A stretch of 64,000 nt of DNA, taken from the NCBI GenBank assembly GCA_002269645.1, contig NIVC01002186.1, forward strand, positions 1 through 64,000, read 5' to 3'. The translations under genes were made by a program, and so were the position numbers. The DNA comes from Macrostomum lignano (taxonomy: Eukaryota). The notes below the pieces were generated by a model. It was not told the DNA's origin. It made no database searches and was given only the letters and a program-made list of their open reading frames with translations. Shown here piece by piece: positions 23,821 to 38,085 of the stretch; positions within the stretch are counted from its first letter, which is position 1, and each line of letters opens with the position of its first letter.

Positions 23821-24510
23821 AATGGTATTGATTAATAATGGTTTTCACACGCCACACGAGGCCACTGTGAGAAGTCCTCCCAGTCAGAAACTCGCTTAGC
23901 TATTGGGCCAGACTTCAAGCAGTAAAACTTGAAGAAACGGTAGCGTTTGAGAATGAATTTTTATATATGCGCATGCGCTCAACAATGTGTTGCTTGTGAC
24001 AGCTCAGTGGGTTGGGTGAGGCTCACGCAAAAAACAATGTATTGAAATAGAAATTTGCAGCTGCATGCCAGGCAGGAGGCGGGTGGCTAACTCCGCCCCT
24101 TCATTTCCAATGCCTTGACTTTATAGCAATTCACTCCCTCGAGAGCTGTCTTGACGCCATGTTCTCACAATCCGGAAACGGCTTCTTCGGCTTGCCTTGT
24201 CGCGGTGGCTAGATCGGGTCAATTATTCAAGGACTACTAACGTCATGATTAGATTTTATTTATTTAGACTCTAGAGAGTGATTGAGTTTGAGTCCTTAGC
24301 TCTCTTCGAGTCCAGGTTTTCATCGTTATAATGTGTTCCATGGACTACCAGTTAGTCGCTTGACTAGGCCCAGTTCTCACTATTCTATTAGTCCATGGAC
24401 AACTGCCTCGGCTAAAAAGAGTTCCTTTCAGTCCAGGTTTTCAATGTTCCATCGAAGTTCATGTAGTCCAGGTTCCGATATCGACCTTTCAATTAGTCCA
24501 TGGACCCAAA

Positions 24511-24813
24511 GGGGGTGTAGCCTAGCGGTCAGAGCGTCGGACTCAGGACTTGAAGGTCGGGGGTTCGATTCCCGATCCCACTGGAAACAATTTGTGTCCT
24601 TGAGCAAGGCACTTAACTCTGCATTGCTTCAGCTCAACCAGCTGTAAAATGGGTTCCAGCATTAGCTGGGATAATTGAGGCTGTGTGTGGCGACCCCCAG
24701 TCCTTGGACTGAACAGCCGTACGCAGCCTTCAGATGCGCCGCGCAATAGCTGCGGCTGAGCTGTCGGTTGCGCAGACATCTGCTCATGAGTGCAGGTGTA
24801 ATGAATTATTATT
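24511..24813 (+). mobile_element. tRNA-derived CORE-SINE, full length, in DCC intron 3
   Basis: A and B boxes, CORE block, (ATT)n tail; degenerate TSD-like flanks ATGGACCCAAA / ATGGAACCAAG. Confidence 0.9.
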
Positions 24814-25102
24814 ATGGAACCAAGAGTTTTCGACAATTCAACCACAACATTCCAGTCCGGATTCTCGACACTTTAGAAATCCATGAAATCAGTTTGATAT
24901 TATTTGTCTCAACACCTGTCCGGGTCCATGGATTATCTAAAACGATTTTGGCGGCAATTCGAAGCCCCAATGACTTGACTGACTGATCTCGGAGACTTGG
25001 CGGCATAGCACCAGATTCAGTCTCAGTGACTTCGCGTGTGGCAGCATCAGAGGAGGCAATGGGGACGGTTGCCAAGCATGGCAATGCGGGAAACGAAGAT
25101 AA

Positions 25103-25236
<134 letters not shown>

Positions 25237-25621
25237 AGAGAAAAAAGACAGCCGACAGCGGACGAAGCAAAAGACTGCTGCTGTTGCAAACTCTGGGACT
25301 GACATTCCCAGTGGCCTCCTATTCGTGGATGTCGGCGTTGGATTCTTCATGCCCCTCCCCCCCGGAAATAATAATGTAAATCAGGGACTAAACAGATTTT
25401 ATATGCGGTTCTGTTCTGTCGGTGTCCGCGCTGTTGTTGCCGAGAGCGTTGCGCGGCGCATTTTTTAACCCACCTGTACGATTGCAGCCATCCCGTCTAT
25501 CGCGTCTTCTTCCCGTTTATGTTTTAAAAAATTCCAATTCCAACAGTGTCAGAGTTTGATAGCAACTGAAATTTAGTGGAGTGAGTGCTCCTGGGGACTT
25601 TGTCACCCAACCTAATCCTGA

Positions 25622-26020
25622 GTGTCTGCTGACTGTTGTCTGCTGTCTTCTATCTGCTGTCTTCTGTCTGCTCTCTGATGTCTGCTCTCTGCTGTCTGAT
25701 GTCTGTTGTCTTCTGTCTTCTGTCTGCTGTCTGCTGTCTGCTCTCTGCTCTCTGCTGTCTGCTCTCTGATGTCTGTTGTCTGCTGTCTTCTATCTGCTGT
25801 CTTCTGTCTGCTCTCTGCTCTCTGCTCCCTGCTCAGCTGTCTTCTGTCTGCTGTCTGCTGTCTGCTGTCTTCTGTCTGTTGTCTGCTGTCTTCTGTCTGC
25901 TCTCTTCTGTCTGCTGTCTGCTGTCTTCTGTCTGCTGTCTGCTGTCTGCTGTCTTCTGTCTGCTGTCTGCTGTCTGCTGTCTTCTTTCCGCTGTCTGCTG
26001 TCTGCTGTCTGCTGTCTGTT
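25622..26020. repeat. 7-bp tandem repeat (TGTCTGC/TGTCTTC/TCTCTGC)n
   Basis: Heptamer periodicity throughout. Confidence 0.93.
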
Positions 26021-26244
26021 GCCTGCTCGTGGCGTCTCAAAGAATTCAAATTTAAAATGTATACATTTTGCCAGTTCGTAGCCAGCCCTTTCTAGTATAT
26101 TTTTGCCAGAGCGAAATTTCGGCCCATTGGGATTAAAAGTTTATTGAGTTCAATGTGGCCACAGTAAAAGTTCAACTTCCAATTCTAACTAATCCAGATG
26201 ATATACTTTGTATTTGAGAACTGCTGAATGTAGTTTTGTGGGAT

Positions 26245-28920
26245 GTCTGACACCGGTGTAGCATCCAGTCTGACACCGGTGTAGCATCCAGTCTGACACC
26301 GGTGTAGCATCCAGTCTGACACCGGTGTAGCAGCATCCAATCTGACACCGGTGTAGCAGCATCCAGTCTGACACCGGTGTAGCATCCAGTCTGACACCGG
26401 TGTAGCAGCATCCAGTCTGACACCGGTGTAGCATCCAGTCTGACATCGGTGTAGCATCCAGTCTGACACCGGTGTAGCAGCATCCAGTCTGACACCGGTG
26501 TAGCATCCAGTCTGACACCGGTGTAGCATCCAGTCTGACACTGGTGTAGCAGCATCCAGTCTGACACCGGTGTAGCATCCAGTCTGACACCGGTGTAGCA
26601 GCATCCAGTCTGACACCGGTGTAGCATCCAATCCGACACCGGTGTAGCAGCATCCAGTCTGACACCGGTGTAGCATCCAGTCTGACACCGGTGTAGCATC
26701 CAGTCTGACACTGGTGTAGCAGCATCCAGTCTGACACCGGTGTAGCAGCATCCAGTCTGACACCGGTGTAGCATCCAGTCTGACACCGGTGTAGCATCCA
26801 GTCTGACACCGGTGTAGCAGCATCCAGTCTGACACCGGTGTAGCATCCAGTCTGACACCGGTGTAGCAGCATCCAGTCTGACACCGGTGTAGCATCCAAT
26901 CCGACACCGGTGTAGCAGCATCCAGTCTGACACCGGTGTAGCATCCAGTCTGACACCTGTGTAGCATCCAGTCTGACACCGGTGTAGCATCCAGTCTGAC
27001 ACCGGTGCAGCAGCATCCAATCTGACACCGGTGTAGCAGCATCCAGTCTGACACCGGTGTAGCATCCAGTCTGACACCGGTGCAGCAGCATCCAATCTGA
27101 CACCGGTGTAGCAGCATCCAGTCTGACACCGGTGTAGCATCCAGTCTGACACCTGTGTAGCATCCAGTCTGACACCGGTGTAGCATCCAGTCTGACACCG
27201 GTGCAGCAGCATCCAATCTGACACCGGTGTAGCAGCATCCAGTCTGACACCGGTGTAGCATCCAGTCTGACACCGGTGCAGCAGCATCCAATCTGACACC
27301 GGTGTAGCAGCATCCAGTCTGACACCGGTGTAGCATCCAGTCTGACACCGGTGTAGCATCCAGTCTGACACCGGTGTAGCAGCATCCAGTCTGACACCGG
27401 TGTAGCATCCAGTCTGACACCGGTGTAGCAGCATCCAGTCTGACACCGGTGTAGCATCTAGTCTGACACCGGTGTAGCATCCAGTCTGACACCGGTGTAG
27501 CAGCATCCAATCTGACACCGGTGTAGCAGCATCCAGTCTGACACCGGTGTAGCATCCAATCCGACACCGGTGTAGCAGCATCCAGTCTGACACCGGTGTA
27601 GCATCCAGTCTGACACCGGTGTAGCATCCAGTCTGACACCGGTGTAGCAGCATCCAGTCTGACACCGGTGTAGCATCCAGTCTGACACCGGTGTAGCAGC
27701 ATCCAGTCTGACACCGGTGTAGCATCCAATCCGACACCGGTGTAGCAGCATCCAGTCTGACACCGGTGTAGCATCCAGTCTGACACCGGTGTAGCATCCA
27801 GTCTGACACCGGTGCAGCAGCATCCAGTCTGACACCGGTGTAGCATCCAGTCTGACACCGGTGCAGCAGCATCCAATCTGACACCGGTGTAGCAGCATCC
27901 AGTCTGACACCGGTGTAGCATCCAGTCTGACACCGGTGTAGCATCCAGTCTGACACCGGTGTAGCATCCAGTCTGACACTGGTGTAGCAGCATCCAGTCT
28001 GACACCGGTGTAGCATCCAGTCTGACACCGGTGTAGCAGCATCCAGTCTGACACCGGTGTAGCATCCAATCCGACACCGGTGTAGCAGCATCCAGTCTGA
28101 CACCGGTGTAGCATCCAGTCTGAAACCTGTGTAGCATCCAGTCTGACACCGGTGCAGCAGCATCCAGTCTGACACCGGTGTAGCATCCAGTCTGACACCG
28201 GTGCAGCAGCATCCAGTCTGACACCGGTGTAGCATCCAGTCTGACACCGGTGCAGCAGCATCCAATCTGACACCGGTGTAGCAGCATTCAGTCTGACACC
28301 GGTGTAGCATCCAGTCTGACACCGGTGTAGCATCCAGTCTGACACCGGTGTAGCAGCATCCAGTCTGACACCGGTGTAGCATCCAGTCTGACATCGGTGT
28401 AGCATCCAGTCTGACACCGGTGTAGCAGCATCCAGTCTGACACCGGTGTAGCATCCAGTCTGACACCGGTGTAGCATCCAGTCTGACACCGGTGTAGCAT
28501 CCAGTCTGACACCGGTGTAGCAGCATCCAGTCTGACACCGGTGTAGCATCCAGTCTGACACCGGTGTAGCATCCAGTCTGACACCGGTGCAGCAGCATCC
28601 AGTCTGACACCGGTGTAGCATCCAGTCTGACACCGGTGCAGCAGCATCCAATCTGACACCGGTGTAGCAGCATCCAGTCTGACACCGGTGTAGCATCCAG
28701 TCTGACACCGGTGTAGCATCCAGTCTGACACCGGTGTAGCAGCATCCAGTCTGACACCGGTGTAGCATCCAGTCTGACACCGGTGTAGCATCCAGTCTGA
28801 CACCGGTGTAGCAGCATCCAGTCTGACACCGGTGTAGCATCCAGTCTGACACCGGTGCAGCATCCAGTCTGACACCGGTGTAGCATCCAGTCTGACACCG
28901 GTGCAGCATCCAGTCTGACC
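26245..28920. repeat. 23/26-bp minisatellite, ~110 copies, palindromic core ACACCGGTGT
   Basis: Unit GACACCGGTGTA(GCA)GCATCCAGTCT. Confidence 0.98.
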
Positions 28921-29307
28921 AAAAAGTCATTCCAAACTCGGCTCGCATTGCCATATACACTTTGGCCAGCAATCTCTTAGTAATGCGGCACTTAATTTAC
29001 AGCTAGAAATTGATTTGATTGAATTGAGTTGCCCGCTGCAGTTGCGTAAGCCTTGATTAGACACACACTGAGAGACAGTCAGACAGAAATTGGAATCTAG
29101 GTGTTCGCCTGGACTTGAAACCCTTCAGATTGGGGAATGAGGTTCGGGATGCGGCCTTGGCGCGTTTGACCCGGAGTGAGTCACCCTCAACGATTTGTGA
29201 TTGATGGAGCTAACGGAGTCTGGGAGAGACAGGCGGCCGGACTGAAAACGGAACCTTCCCCATTCACAGATACTAATCTGCTTCCCTCTTCATCGGCAAA
29301 TTTGCAG

Positions 29308-29413
29308 ATGTCAGCGCCGTGTTCAGCCATCAGCCAGAGGACAAGCAGGCCGGCCGCAATGACACGGTGGTCTTCCGCTGTGAGATTGACCGGCTGCCAA
29401 GGACCCAACTTGA
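29308..29413 (+). CDS. DCC: DCC-family exon 4 (Ig2 N-half)
   Basis: tttgcag|AT GTC...; VFSHQPEDKQAGRNDTVVFRCEIDRLPRTQL; GA|gtaagc, phase 1 to 2. Confidence 0.88.
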
Positions 29414-30139
29414 GTAAGCACTGCCAGGGCCCCACAGGTCGTCAGTTTTGTTGTTGCTGAAGTGTATTGGCAAGAATTGTCTGAGAAGAGTTGCGGGACG
29501 AGGGAAACTCAATTGGTTCCACTATGTGCGCTTTCTCTCCACTCTCTCCACTACGAGCTACATGTAAACTGCAGCTCTTCAACTACTAACTGCATAGCCC
29601 ATTTTCCCTCTACTTGTGCTGTGAGTATTCCAGTGTAGGATGACGGATCTGAGAGCCAACTCCGGGATGGCTGCTATGACATTGGTCTGATTTGTTAGGA
29701 ATGAGTCACACTGCACAATGTCTTCTGGGTCACGCTAATCCCGTTGCTAATCCGGCAGTTTTGAGTAGCGGCAGAGCTCACCAGATTAACTGTAGAGCAC
29801 TTTTTAACCAGATTTTTTTACAGTTTCACCATCGCCAGCGATTTTGTGTCCTTGCCAGAGTTAGCGGCGCATTTTGCCAATGCCTTGCACTCCCCAGCGG
29901 AGCTGAGCAAAGGGAGCTGGTTGCCATTGTTCCCTCGGATCTGTTCCGTTCTAGAAAGCTGTCTGCACAAACTAGGGAAATGCTTTTTTTAGCCGCAGGG
30001 GACAAAAGCCTTTTGTTTCCAGTGGGGGGTTTTGTAACTTTTTCATAGGGTAATATTTTCAAAAAAATGTTTGGTACATGGCGCAAATATTCTCGAGTGA
30101 GCACGGGCAGAGATGAACTTAATGATGATGTTGAAGATG

Positions 30140-30660
30140 CGGGACATTCGGGATGTTCGGGATGTAGGATATCGGAATATTTGGTGTATTGAAAATATTG
30201 GAATATCTGGGATATTGGGATATTGGGGTATTTGGGATATTGGGAGTAATTGGGAGATTGAGGATATTTGAGATGTTTGGAATATTTTTGGTATTTGAGA
30301 TATTTTGGACATTTGGGACATTTGGGATATTGTGAGGTTTGAGGATATTGAAAATATTGGAGATATTTGGCATATTGGGGACATCGGGGATATTGGAGAT
30401 ATTAGGGATATTTAGGATATTGGGATACTGGGAATATTGAAAATATCAGGGATATTGGGGATATGGAGGATATTTAGGATATTCGGCATATTTGGGATAA
30501 AAGAAAATATCAGGGATATTGGGGATATTTAGGATCGGGATGTTTGGAGTATGGGGACATTGAGGATATTGAAAATATTTGGGATGCTGAAAAATGGAAA
30601 TATTGGGGATATTGGGGATACATACAATGAGAACATTGGAATCTGACGGATATTGGGATA
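30140..30660. repeat. Degenerate GGGATATT-type repeat
   Basis: Recurring (T)GGGATAT(T) at ~9-bp period. Confidence 0.8.
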
Positions 30661-31074
30661 TTTTTTATTTCGGGTATATCGACCATTTCTTTGGAGTAAT
30701 GGGATAACAATTTATTAGCAAAGAAAAAAAGATTCGAAATTTTACTCAAAATCATCGAGAAAGATGACTCTTTTGAGTAGAAAATAAACTTATATCCGCA
30801 AGATCTCTGTACTCCAGGCGTCCAGGAATAGGGACGGACATTTGCTTATCCTATATAGGGAGCACCGCTTACGTTTATTACAAAATCCGGTTCTGTTGCG
30901 GAGACCCTTGTGGACTGGCAGCTGGCTGATTTCTCCGTTGCTATGGCTGCAATACTGGCGCCGCCGTGGCTCCGCTTATCAGAGCTTTGCTTTCTGCCTG
31001 AATTCGGCTTCACTTTCTCTGTCCATCTTTGTCTGCCTTCTCGCTCTCAATCTCCTCTGCTCGTGATGCTTATT

Positions 31075-31710
31075 TCTTACCTCTCCCTCTCATCTCTCCC
31101 TTTGCCTCTCATCTCTCCCTTTGCCTCTCATCTCTCCCTTTGCCTCTCATCTCTCCCTCTCTCCCTCTCTTCTCCCCCTCTCATCTCATCTCCTCCTCTT
31201 CCTCTCCACTCTCCCTCTCATCTCTCCCTCTCTCCCTCTCTTCTCTCCCTCTCATCTCTCCCTCTCATCTCTCCCTCTCTTCTCTCCCTCTCTCCCTCTC
31301 CTCTCTCCCTCTCTTCTCTCCCTCTCCTCTCCCCCTCTCCTTCTCATATCTCCCTCTCCCTCTCTCTCTCTCCTTCTCATCTCTGCATATCCTCTCTCCC
31401 TCTCTTCTCTTCCTCCCATCCCATCCTCCTCTCTCCCTCTTATCTCTGCCTCTCCTCTCTCCCTCTCATCTCTCCCTCTCTTCTCTCCCTCTTCCTCCTC
31501 CTCTCATTTCCCCCTTTGTCTCTCCCTCTCCCTATCTTCTCTCCCTATCACTCTCCCTCTCATCTCTCCCTTTGCCTCTCATCTCTTCCTCTCTTCTCGC
31601 CCTCTCCCTCTCTTCTCTTCCGCTCCCTCTCTTGTCTTCCGCTCCCTTTGATTTTTCCTCTCCTCACTTCTCTTCCTCTTCATTTCTTCCTTTTCTCTCC
31701 CCACTCTTAG
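31075..31710. repeat. Pyrimidine-rich (CT) low-complexity tract
   Basis: CTCTCCCT/CATCTCTCCCT units. Confidence 0.9.
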
Positions 31711-32263
31711 CCTATCACCCAGCTTGAACCCTCTTATCTCCTATGCAAAGTGAGAAAGGCCAAATACTTTGCTCGCGCACACGAGTCTGACTGCGCAATA
31801 CTCGACACTGGAATGCAACAATCAGCCCCATAATGCCGATTCCCATTCAAACTGCTTGCATTTTCAAGTGTCTAAATTCAAGCGATCAACGCGAGAGTCA
31901 AATTATATGGGATTAATAGACAGCCTTACTTTGGTTTTGAATGAGCTAGCTGGGCTGTACAGAGTTCTCAAGGCAGCAATGCGACACAAAGTTGGCGTGG
32001 GGGGGGGGTAGAAATGGAGGCTATCTTGCTTTTGCGTGAGCTTCTTTCCGCTTCTTTCCGCTATGCATGCATATGCTTCTCGATCAATGAGGGAATGAGA
32101 ACGAATCTACCTTTGTCGGGTAATAATTCCCCCAGTTTCTTAGAATCAGGAAATCTCATTTTCTTAGAATCTCTTTCATAAAAATAATAACTCTAGCTGG
32201 AGCTGCAGAGACGATAGAGTATATGCAAGATTCCTGATATTATTTTGTTATCAGATTCCAAGA

Positions 32264-33206
32264 TCCGTCACCAATCTATCCGTCACCAATCTATCCGTCA
32301 CCAATCTATCTGTCACCAATCTATCCGTCACCAATCTATCTGTCACCAATCTATCCGTCACCAATCTATCCGTCACCAATCTATCCGTCACCAATCTATC
32401 CGTCACCAATCTATCTGTCACCAATCTATCCGTCACCAATCTATCTGTCACCAATCTATCCGTCACCAATCCATCCGTCACCAATCTATCTGTCACCAAT
32501 CTATCCGTCACCAATCTATCTGTCACCAATCTATCCGTCACCAATCTATCCGTCATCAATCTATCTGTCACCAATCTATCCGTCATCAATCTATCTGTCA
32601 CCAATCTATCCGTCACCAATCTATCCGTCACCAATCTATCCGTCACCAATCTATCCGTCACCAATGAATCCGTCACCAATCTATCCGTCACCAATCTATC
32701 TGTCACCAATCTATCCGTCACCAATCTATCCGTCATCAATCTATCTGTCACCAATCTATCCGTCATCAATCTATCTGTCACCAATCTATCCGTCACCAAT
32801 CTATCCGTCACCAATCTATCCGTCACCAATCTATCCGTCACCAATCTATCCGTCACCAATCTATCCGTCACCAATGTATACTTCACCAATCTATCCGTCA
32901 CCAATCTATCCGTCACTAATCTATGCGTCACTAATCTATCCGTCACTAATCTATCCGTCACCAATCTATCCGTTATCTATCTATCCGTCACTAATCTATC
33001 CGTCACCACTTTATCCGTCACCAATCTATCCGTCACCAATCTATCCGTCACCAATGTATACTTCACCAATCTATCCGTCACCAATCTATCCGTCACTAAT
33101 CTATGCGTCACTAATCTATCCGTCACTAATCTATCCGTCACCAATCTATCCGTTATCTATCTATCCGTCACTAATCTATCCGTCACCACTTTATCCGTCA
33201 GCAATC
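32264..33206. repeat. 15-bp minisatellite, ~62 copies, 180-bp higher-order repeat at the 3' end
   Basis: Unit CCGTCACCAATCTAT. Confidence 0.97.
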
Positions 33207-34109
33207 CAATAAAATATTCTCCTTTGCCGGTTAACAACCAATCCCAGTTTCTCAGAATCCCATTTCAGAAGAACTAATTTTTAGAATATTTCTTAAATAA
33301 TAAAACCCAGTTCAACTGAAGAGATGACAAATCGTATGCATGATTTTAGGGTACTATTGTGAAATTTTCATTTTCTCCCCGGGGTCAGCCAATCGATCCG
33401 TCACCACTTGTGGGAGCCTCAGCTCCGGAGAGAGAGAGAGAGAAAGGAAGGGCGAAGATAACTGGGATTGATAGGGGCGATGGAGACCACCCTCTGTGCT
33501 CGGCCGCTGGTGCTGTTTACATTTACACTATGGCTAAGCCATAGTGCATAGCGTATTCCACACAGCCAGATGCAGCCCAGATGTTGCCAGTTTTTCTTCC
33601 CTCGCCAGACAGACGAGAAAAACAAATCCTCACGATTTGGAGATCTGCGGCAGGGAGACTCTTTGAACCAGACGCTGGAGTGCTCTTGAAGCGGAGTTGA
33701 CAATCCACATTCTAGTTTCCGGTCTCCTTGGCGAAAGCCATTTTTCTTTCTTAGTAGATTCCTCCTCATAGATTTGGATGTGCTTTTTTTTCTTCTTTTT
33801 TCTTCATCAGTTTTTTTACCCGGGGTGTTTATGCGTTTGTCCATCTGTCCAGCAGGGGGTGTCCCCACACACACACGCCAACTGTGTAGCCGAACTGTTG
33901 CTTAATAAAAGTTTTTGTGTGTGCGTGCGAATCTGCTGCAGTGTGTGAAGCTGCATCGTTACTGCTTTTATTAATATTTTTCTGACTGACTTGTGGTGCG
34001 ACGCGAGAGGTGGACGGTAGGATAGGAGGCCGGTATTTGAGTGATCAAACGTTTAGGAGAGCGATTAAGTAGACAGAAGTGAGTGGAAGGTGAAAGATGG
34101 GGGAAGGGG

Positions 34110-34983
34110 TGTGACAGAGAGACAAAGAGAGTGACAGTGGAGAGAGTGACAAAGGAGAGAGTGACGCAGGATGGAAGAGTGACACAAGGATAAAAGAGAG
34201 TGGCTCACAGAGGAAGAGAGTGACGGCAGGATGGAAGAGAGTGACGGCAGGATGGAGGAGAGTGACACAGAGAGGAAAAGAGCGACACACGGATTGAAGA
34301 GAGTGACACACGGATGGAAGAGAGTGACACAGGACAGAAGAGAACGACACAGGATAGAAGAGAGTGACACAAGGATAGAAGAGAGTGACACAAAGATGGA
34401 AGAGAGTGACACAAAGATAGAAGAGAGTGACACAGGATAGAAGAGAGTGACGGCAGGATGGAAGAGAGTGACGGCAGGATGGAAGAGAGTGACGGCAGGA
34501 TGGAGGAGAGTGACACAGAGAGGAAAAGAGCGACACACGGATTGAAGAGAGTGACACACGGATGGAAGAGAGTGACACAGGACAGAAGAGAACGACACAG
34601 GATAGAAGAGAGTGACACTAGGATAGAAGAGAGTGACACTAGGATAGAAGAGAGTGACACAAGGATAGAAGAGGGTGACACAAGGATAGAAGAGAGTGAC
34701 ACAGGATGGAAGAGAGTGACACAAGGATAGAAGAGAGTGACACAAGGATAGAAGAGAGTGACACAAGGATAGAAGAGAGTGACACAGGATAGAAGAGAGT
34801 GACACAGGATAGAAGAGAGTGACGCAGGATGGAAGAGAGTGACACAAGGATAGAAGAGAGTGACACAAGGATAGAAGAGAGTGACACAGGATGGAAGAGA
34901 GTGACACAAGGATAGAAGAGAGTAACACACGGATGGAAGAGAGTGACACAGGATAGAAGAGAGTAACACACGGATGGAAGAGA
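34110..34983. repeat. ~21-22-bp purine-rich minisatellite
   Basis: Unit GAGAGTGACAC(A)AGGATAGAA. Confidence 0.95.
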
Positions 34984-35796
34984 GGAATCAGAGATAAGCC
35001 ACAAAGCCACAGCAGTTACCAAACTGACAGAGAGGACCACTAGAGCTGGGGACATTAAAACTGATTAACGCTGTACCATATCTTTTGGAATTATTTGGAT
35101 TCTGATTTCTTTACCATCATTCAGCATCATTCACTCTGCTATCTCTCTCTCTCTCTCTCTCTCTCTCTTCAGCAAGCCCTGTTGCATTTGAAATGCCGCC
35201 TGCCTACAATTTACAGTAGCTACCCACCTTGACACCGCCCCCCGCCCCGATCCCGTCCCAGAGGTATCCGATTCCAAGCTAGACGCGTGCACTCATAAGC
35301 TCTATTAGTGCCAAGCCACTCGGGTAAAGGTTGCTTATACTGACGACCTTATACTTTTCTACTAAAGCCGTCTTAAATACTAGGTTTAAGCGGGAGACGG
35401 CCGGAATTAATTCCGACAGGTAGAGCTATCAGAGCGGGGTTGGGGAACTTTCTCCCAACCCTCCCCCCCCCTATGCCAGCTAAGCCCACTCACTGTTTGC
35501 CAGCGTCAGTCGCTTGGAAAATCCTGACCACTTACCTATTTGTAGATGAGTGTCTCCCCCAACCGTTCGTTGCCTCTTGCTGCTTCTGCGCGAAACATGA
35601 CAGACTATCAATTGCCTGGTCTGTGTGTGCCGCTCTCTCAGCTAGCAGGCCTTGTTCGGTTGAGTTGGGGCGCATTTTGATTGATGGGGGCTGAGAGTGA
35701 TTCAACAGCGACAGCTGAGTTCAGATGGAGCTTTTCTCAATGGGACATTTTTGTTCTGCGGCCTCTCCGCTTCCGTTTCGATTGCTACGAGCTATA

Positions 35797-38050
35797 TCTG
35801 ATTACTCTCTGAGCACTCTCTGATTAGTCTCTGAGCACTCTCTGATTACTCTCTGAGCACTTTCTGATTACTCTCTGAGCACTCTCTGATTACTATCTGA
35901 GCACTCTCTGATTACTCTCTGAGCACTCTCTAATTACTCTCTGAGCACTCTCTGATTAGTCTCTGAGCACTCTCTGATTACTCTCTGAGCACTTTCTGAT
36001 TACTCTCTGAGCACTCTCTGATTAGTCTCTGAGCACTCTCTGATTACTCTCTGAGCACTTTCTAAATACTCTCTGAGCACTCTCTGATTAGTCTCTGAGC
36101 ACTCTCTGATTACTCTCTGAGCACTTTCTGATTACTCTCTGAGCACTCTCTAATTACTCTCTGAGCACTCTCTGATTAGTCTCTGAGCACTCTCTGATTA
36201 CTCTCTGAGCACTTTCTGATTACTCTCTGAGCACTCTCTGATTAGTCTCTGAGCACTCTCTGATTACTCTCTGAGCACTTTCTGATTACTCTCTGAGCAC
36301 TCTCTAATTACTCTCTGAGCACTCTCTGATTAGTCTCTGAGCACTCTCTGATTACTCTCTGAGCACTTTCTGATTACTCTCTGAGCACTCTCTAATTACT
36401 CTCTGAGCACTCTCTGATTAGTCTCTGAGCACTCTCTGATTACTCTCTGAGAACTCTCTAATTACTCTCTGAGCACTCTCTGATTACTCTCTGAGCACTC
36501 TCTGATTACTCTCTGAGCACTCTCTAATTACTCTCTGAGCACTCTCTGATTACTCTCTGAGCACTTTCTGATTACTCTCTGAGCACTCTCTAATTACTCT
36601 CTGAGCACTCTCTGATTAGTCTCTGAGCACTCTCTGATTACTCTCTGAGCACTTTCTAAATACTCTCTGAGCACTCTCTGATTAGTCTCTGAGCACTCTC
36701 TGATTACTCTCTGAGCACTTTCTGATTACTCTCTGAGCACTCTCTGATTACTCTCTGAGCACTCTCTGATTAGTCTCTGAGCACTCTCTGATTACTCTCT
36801 GAGCACTTTCTGATTACTCTCTGAGCACTCTCTAATTACTCTCTGAGCACTCTCTGATTAGTCTCTGAGCACTCTCTGATTACTCTCTGAGAACTCTCTA
36901 ATTACTCTCTGAGCACTCTCTGATTACTCTCTGAGCACTCTCTGATTACTCTCTGAGCACTCTCTAATTACTCTCTGAGCACTCTCTGATTACTCTCTGA
37001 GCACTTTCTGATTACTCTCTGAGCACTCTCTAATTACTCTCTGAGCACTCTCTGATTACTCTCTGAGCACTCTCTGATTACTCTCTGAGCACTCTCTGAT
37101 TACTCTCTGAGCACTCTCTAATTACTCTCTGAGCACTCTCTGATTACTCTCTGAGCACTTTCTGATTACTCTCTGAGCACTCTCTAATTACTCTCTGAGC
37201 ACTCTCTGATTACTCTCTGAGCACTATCTAATTACTCTCTGAGCACTCTCTGATTACTCTCTGAGCACTCTCTGATTACTCTCTGAGCACTCTCTAATTA
37301 CTCTCTGAGCACTCTCTGATTACTCTCTGAGCACTTTCTGATTACTCTCTGAGCACTCTCTAATTACTCTCTGAGCACTCTCTGATTACTCTCTGAGCAC
37401 TCTCTGATTACTCTCTGAGCACTCTCTGATTACTCTCTGAGCACTTTCTGATTACTCTCTGAGCACTCTCTAATTACTCTCTGAGCACTCTCTGATTACT
37501 CTCTGAGCACTCTCTGATTACTCTCTGAGCACTCTCTGATTACTCTCTGAGCACTCTCTAATTACTCTCTGAGCACTCTCTGATTACTCTCTGAGCACTT
37601 TCTGATTACTCTCTGAGCACTCTCTAATTACTCTCTGAGCACTCTCTGATTACTCTCTGAGCACTCTCTGATTACTCTCTGAGCACTCTCTAATTACTCT
37701 CTGAGCACTCTCTGATTACTCTCTGAGCACTCTGTGATTACTCTCTGAGCACTCTCTGATTACTCTCTGAGCACTCTGTGATTACTCTCTGAGCACTCTC
37801 TGATTACTCTCTGAGCACTCTCTAATTAGTTTGAGCACTCTCTGATTAGTTTGAGCACTCTTTGAGCATTCTCTGATTTCTCTAAGCACCCTCTGATTTC
37901 CCTGAGCTCTCTGTGATTACTCTTTGAGCACTCTCTGATTTCTCTAAGCACTCTCTGATTTCCCTGAGCTCTCTGTGATTACTCTTTGAGCACTCTCTGA
38001 TTTCTCTAAGCATCCTCTGATTTCTCTGAGCACTCTCTGGTTACTTTCTG
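35797..38050. repeat. 22-bp minisatellite, ~100 copies
   Basis: Unit CTCTCTGAGCACTCTCTGATTA. Confidence 0.98.
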
Positions 38051-38085
38051 AACACTTTGATCACTCTCTCTAACGGACTCAATCC

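Noticed and set aside
26172-28972. Very long ORFs (916, 700, 504, 422 aa) on the minus strand
   Set aside because: They are translations of a stop-free 23/26-bp tandem repeat, open in several frames, with no domain content.
33358-33965. Possible solo LTR (TG start, internal AATAAA)
   Set aside because: No second copy, clear TG...CA boundary, PBS/PPT or TSD could be established.
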